Assembly (NCBI GenBank): GCA_017859335.1
Contig: JAFMNH010000002.1
Coordinates: 1 to 58,903 of the forward strand
Origin: Rhodothermales bacterium
GTDB taxonomy: Bacteria; Bacteroidota; Rhodothermia; Rhodothermales; UBA10348
Direction of reading: 5' to 3'
DNA: 58,903 nucleotides
Position 1 is the first letter of the stretch. Each line of letters begins with the position of its first letter. Below the pieces are notes generated by a model. The model was not told the origin of the DNA. It ran no database searches and saw nothing but the letters and a program-made list of their open reading frames with translations. The position numbers and the translations under genes were made by a program. This document shows, in pieces, positions 55,129 through 58,903 of this stretch.

Positions 55129-57519
55129 ATGTCCATCAAGTACCAAACACCGACGGTGTCAACCCTGAAAGCCGGAACCGCGTTCCGGCTGTCCGTGGTT
55201 CTATGCCTCTTGCTTCTGAGCCTGCCTGCCCCGAGAGCTTCGGCGCAGATCGCCCTTCGCGGAACGGTACTGGATGCACGGACACAAGCACCACTTCCGC
55301 ATGCAACGGTGCAGATCCGTGGAAGCACTCAGGGGACGATTGCAAATGCATCCGGGCAGTTCCTGATTTCCCTGCCGCAGGTGCCGGCCACCATTGAAGT
55401 GCGATACATCGGGTACCGTTCACAGGTAGTCGATATCACGAGTGGGGACCTGACAGGTATCACGATCCGGCTGGAGCCCTCCACGTTGACACTGGAAGAG
55501 CTTGTCATCACGGATGACAATCCGGCGGAGGTCATTGTTCGCCGTGCCATCCAAGCCCGTGACCGCATGAGGAAGTTCCTGTCAGCGAGCTATGCGGATG
55601 TGTATACCCGTTTTCTCCTGTATGCTGATTTTGACCTGGTCCAAGTGAATGAGAGTGTTCGGGCCTCGTGGTGGACGCCGCGTACCGGCCCCCGTGAAGT
55701 CATTCGGGCTGAGCGGACAGAGCCCCGTCGCAATGAGCTGTTCCGTTTCGCATCGCCCCACCCCGCACCGAATTTTCTCGATGCCAATATCGACATCATG
55801 GGGACACGGTATGCGGGCCCCCTGCATCCGGATGCGGTGGAGCTGTACCAGTTCACGCAGGGTATTACCCGGGAGCTCGATGGCCGTCGGGTGATGGAAA
55901 TCTTTTTCCGGCCTCGATCGGCCACCTTGCCGGCCTTTACCGGATCGATGGCCATCATGGACTCCGTGTGGACGGTTCTCGAGATCAGTGCGCGCCCGTG
56001 GCCGGGCACCGACGTGCTGCCTCCGGTAAAATCCCATGATCTTGTCATGGAGCAACGTTTCGCGGCCGTCCACGATTCCCTTTGGATGCCGCAGGGTCTG
56101 ATTGTCCAGGGTGTGGTCGAATTCGGTAGGGCGGGCGTGACGTATCCGCAGGCACGCTATCAACAGATTACGGGGTTCTCCCTCCATGCAGCAAATCCTC
56201 CTGTGCCGGATTCATTGGCCCGCCCGGGTCCTCCGGTGGTCAGGGATCCATTGGCTGCCTTCAATGATGATCTGTTCAGGCGCAATCCCTCCTACATACC
56301 CATGACCCCGCTGGAGGCTGAGCAGATGGCTACCCTCAACCCGGCCATGAGTCTGCGCCGGGCCTTTCGACCAGAAGGTATCCTGGCCAACTACGCAGCG
56401 GTTGACGTAGCCGATCAACAGCCTGACCAAGACGAAACGCCCTCCCGATTGGCCAGGGTACAGCGCGTGGCGGGAGGGGACTGGTTCTGGTACAATCGGG
56501 TGGATGGGTGGCATCCGGGTGCCGGCTACCGCTGGGCCTCTGATGAGCAGGGCGAAGTGGAAGTGTCCGCAGGATATTCCCTGGAGCGAGCGCGTCCAAC
56601 CTATCGTGTGGCAGGAAATGTGCCATGGCACATGGGGCCCTTGAAAGGCTCTGTGGGCGCGTTGGCCTTGGATGCAACATCCATCGTTGCCCGTCCTGAT
56701 GGTCTGGGTCGGTTCGTGCCGGGCGTCTCCACCTACCTCGGTTGGGATGATTTGTACGATTATTACGACCTGCGCAAACAGCGTGTCAGTGTGGATGTCG
56801 ACGTGTCCCGGATCAATGCGATTCTCTCCGTCCGGTTCAACAATGAGCGGCATCGATCCCTGGAAAAACGGAGTGGGTTCAACGGCTGGCTGTTCCGGAA
56901 TGTCCAACGCGAAAACCCGTCCGTTGAACAGGGGCGGTTGCGCTCATCCGAGGTGGGGTTGCGGTTTGGTGATCGGAGCCGTGCTTCTGTGGACATCTCT
57001 TGGGAGCGATCTCCCGGCTGGCATCTGGCCTCAGATTTTGATTTCACCCGTATCGAGGCCCGCGCAACGGTACGAGCGCGCACGTTCTATCGTCGGCGGT
57101 CCCGACCGAACTGGATACGCGTTACGGTCCTTGGTGGTACGAGTCGTGGCAACCTGCCCGTACAGCGACAGTTCGGATTGTCCGGATCCGCGGGACCGTT
57201 TGCCGACTTCGCTGTTTTCCGCTCACTCCCGAACAGCCGCTTTTTGGCAGATGAATTACTGGGCGTGTTCTGGGCACATGATTTTACGACGGCTCCTTTT
57301 GAGAAGTTGGGTATGTGGCAATTGGCCGAACGGGGGTGGGGTATTCACGTATTCGGAGGCCACGCTTTCTCATCCGACCCTGACTTGGGGACGTTTGGTG
57401 GGCTGCATCATGAGATCGGCGTCGGGCTTTCGTATCCGTTCGGTCTTCCCCTGCGGATGGATCTGGCAACCGGAAGCGCGGGCGGTTGGTATGTAAAAAT
57501 CGGGCGCCCGCTGCGCTGA
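55129..57519 (+). CDS. carboxypeptidase-regulatory-like domain plus DUF5686-type outer-membrane protein
   Basis: Trimmed to ATG 55129 (signal ..LLLLSLPAPRASAQ). LRGTVLDARTQAPLPHATVQIRGSTQGTIANASGQF is a CarboxypepD_reg fold. The long beta-rich remainder was assigned from memory. Confidence 0.6.
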   Translation: MSIKYQTPTVSTLKAGTAFRLSVVLCLLLLSLPAPRASAQIALRGTVLDARTQAPLPHATVQIRGSTQGTIANASGQFLISLPQVPATIEVRYIGYRSQVVDITSGDLTGITIRLEPSTLTLEELVITDDNPAEVIVRRAIQARDRMRKFLSASYADVYTRFLLYADFDLVQVNESVRASWWTPRTGPREVIRAERTEPRRNELFRFASPHPAPNFLDANIDIMGTRYAGPLHPDAVELYQFTQGITRELDGRRVMEIFFRPRSATLPAFTGSMAIMDSVWTVLEISARPWPGTDVLPPVKSHDLVMEQRFAAVHDSLWMPQGLIVQGVVEFGRAGVTYPQARYQQITGFSLHAANPPVPDSLARPGPPVVRDPLAAFNDDLFRRNPSYIPMTPLEAEQMATLNPAMSLRRAFRPEGILANYAAVDVADQQPDQDETPSRLARVQRVAGGDWFWYNRVDGWHPGAGYRWASDEQGEVEVSAGYSLERARPTYRVAGNVPWHMGPLKGSVGALALDATSIVARPDGLGRFVPGVSTYLGWDDLYDYYDLRKQRVSVDVDVSRINAILSVRFNNERHRSLEKRSGFNGWLFRNVQRENPSVEQGRLRSSEVGLRFGDRSRASVDISWERSPGWHLASDFDFTRIEARATVRARTFYRRRSRPNWIRVTVLGGTSRGNLPVQRQFGLSGSAGPFADFAVFRSLPNSRFLADELLGVFWAHDFTTAPFEKLGMWQLAERGWGIHVFGGHAFSSDPDLGTFGGLHHEIGVGLSYPFGLPLRMDLATGSAGGWYVKIGRPLR

Positions 57520-57549
57520 TAACGGGGTTGGGAGTAAAAAATACAGGGT

Positions 57550-58236
57550 ATGACAAAATGGTGTCACACCCCTCTGCGTATCCTGGGTCCGAACGAAAAA
57601 TGGTACCCCGATATGACCCCTTCGCCCCGAGTAACCGTCTCCGCTTTTCCGACCGTGCAATGGTTGCAGCAGCGCGCTGCTGATCGCGGTCCTGCTCCCC
57701 GCCCAGCTAGGCATCGCCTGTCTCCACGCCCATCACGTGCCGAAGGACTTCTGAGGGAGCTGCGTCCCATGCTCGAGGCAACAGTCACGGTGGAGGAGGC
57801 CTGTTGGGTAGCCACGCCGGACGGGGAACTCCCGGTGGACATCGTTCTGCACAAAGGCGGCAAGCGCATTGCGGTGTGCTGTCGCCCTGCCAACATCGAA
57901 TCCAATTCGGACCAGGACGCGCTCATGCTGGTCTATGGCGGGTTTGATGTACTGTACCGATGCTCCGTGGATGCCTCTTCCGAGGCTATGCTCGACGTGG
58001 CGTATGCCCTCATGCAGGCCCATCCAGTGTGGTTTTCTGCGTTCGGACGATTGTCTCTGGGACGGCGCGCTTCGGCGTTCATGGTGGGGGCGGCGCTTTC
58101 TGCCAAGGACAAACAACGCAGGTTGTGCGGGCCCTTCGGAGCCATAGAAGCGCTTCGCCTTCACGTGGCCTCAGACTGGGTGAACGCGTTTGAGCGTGCC
58201 CTGCGTGGTGGCGGCAGAATGTCGCTCAGCGCGTAA
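57550..58236 (+). CDS. hypothetical protein, possible degenerate PD-(D/E)xK/DUF559-like core
   Basis: ATG 57550, but the N-terminal 70 aa are low-complexity, so ATG 57769 is an alternative. ELPVDIVLHKGGKRIAVCC resembles a nuclease-fold strand pair. Weak call. Confidence 0.35.
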   Translation: MTKWCHTPLRILGPNEKWYPDMTPSPRVTVSAFPTVQWLQQRAADRGPAPRPARHRLSPRPSRAEGLLRELRPMLEATVTVEEACWVATPDGELPVDIVLHKGGKRIAVCCRPANIESNSDQDALMLVYGGFDVLYRCSVDASSEAMLDVAYALMQAHPVWFSAFGRLSLGRRASAFMVGAALSAKDKQRRLCGPFGAIEALRLHVASDWVNAFERALRGGGRMSLSA

Positions 58237-58347
58237 GATGTAGAGCAGATCCACGAACCGGAGGCCCCGGAAAGATGCCATGAACCGGGGCCGGGTGACA
58301 CAGACCAGGCCGGGGATGACACGGACCAGTACGGCGATGCCCACCAC

Positions 58348-58903
58348 CTATTCCCGGGTCAAGGCCGAGGAGACTTTGCGACCTTCCCAGGGCTCATCCA
58401 ACCATCCTTCCTCGCTTTGCACAATGGCCCTGCCAAGTTGGACGGATGGTGTGGGCATGCCCAGGTTACGGTAGTACTGCATCACGGCACGAGCACGGCC
58501 AAGGGCCAACTCTTCGGCCTGCTGCTCCGTGTCAAAGGCGAATCCGGACACGACGAGCGTGCGGTCTGGACATCGGGAAGCTACGGCAAAATTGTCCCGC
58601 AGGATTTCCCGCATATCCAGAACCAGTTCCTGGGAATTACGCCGGAAATGCACGGCAGCGAGCATCTCCCTGCCGGCACACGCATCAGAGGCAATCCGGA
58701 CCGTTCGCGTCTTTGTGTCGGATCCTGCCGCATTGGTCACCGAGAGCAGGACGCGATAGGTCCCAGGCGCCTCGAATACATGGTCCGCACGGCACGTGGT
58801 GGCGGATGAGCCGTCTCCGAAAGCCCACAGGCACTGTCCATCTGCGCCATTCAGATCGGCTTCAAAGCGTATGATGTCGCCCGGGAATCCAGCATACGGG
58901 CTG
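58348..58903 (-). CDS. PKD domain plus OmpA-like C-terminal domain protein; N-terminus off-window
   Basis: The frame stays open upstream of the listed GTG 58740 to the window edge. Hand translation gives WAFGDGSSATT..GTYRVLLSVTNAAGSD (PKD), then VHFRRNSQEL..LVVSGFAFDTEQQAEELALGRARAVMQYY (OmpA-like). Confidence 0.75.
   Translation of the reverse strand, partial: SPYAGFPGDIIRFEADLNGADGQCLWAFGDGSSATTCRADHVFEAPGTYRVLLSVTNAAGSDTKTRTVRIASDACAGREMLAAVHFRRNSQELVLDMREILRDNFAVASRCPDRTLVVSGFAFDTEQQAEELALGRARAVMQYYRNLGMPTPSVQLGRAIVQSEEGWLDEPWEGRKVSSALTRE

Noticed and set aside
56212-56907. 231-aa minus-strand ORF
   Set aside because: It is antisense to the DUF5686-type gene, and nothing supports it except length in GC-rich DNA. 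The same reasoning applies to 13939-14535, 6060-6746, 22522-23106, 46675-47304 and 48693-49316.
1-58903. CRISPR arrays, rRNA operons, IS elements
   Set aside because: No regularly spaced direct repeats, no rRNA-like conserved blocks and no transposase-like ORFs were found on either strand.

Overview
58.9-kb, high-GC, densely coding chromosomal segment with about 50 protein genes on both strands, one tmRNA (ssrA) and one tRNA-Thr(CGU). I saw no rRNA, CRISPR array, transposase or integrase. Several features point to a Bacteroidota/Rhodothermota-type organism (Salinibacter/Rhodothermus-like), which is inference only: a T9SS C-terminal sorting domain, DUF5916/DUF5686/DUF6702-type envelope proteins, a 30-aa bS22-like basic peptide, and a tmRNA tag ending AFAMAA. 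The ORF track reports the longest ORFs and accepts TTG/GTG starts, so many N-termini were trimmed by hand, using signal peptides, overlap with neighbours and domain starts. One edge gene (1-1684, minus) is missing from the track entirely. Most genes are housekeeping (fabI, birA-coaX, udk, yaaA, aroQ, mnmA, folE, pip, class II DAHP synthase, HPF, M32 carboxypeptidase, S9 peptidase) or secreted/envelope proteins. Five modules stand out. (1) A tightly packed five-gene minus-strand operon at 42.6-49.4 kb: a class II-type photolyase fused to a flavin oxidoreductase, a DUF429-like protein, an Fe-S (6-4)-type photolyase, an amine-oxidase-like flavoprotein and an SDR, divergent from folE. (2) A translationally coupled type III PKS, methyltransferase and FAD monooxygenase trio resembling srsABC phenolic-lipid clusters. 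(3) A divergent pair next to tRNA-Thr: an unknown 345-aa protein and a signal peptide / Kelch-like / TM / C-terminal winged-helix one-component regulator. (4) A DUF1611 plus enolase-superfamily epimerase pair just downstream of the DAHP synthase. (5) A 63-codon coding-like open frame continuing in phase behind the hupE TGA stop with no canonical start codon. All family assignments come from motif recognition by eye, and no database search was run.
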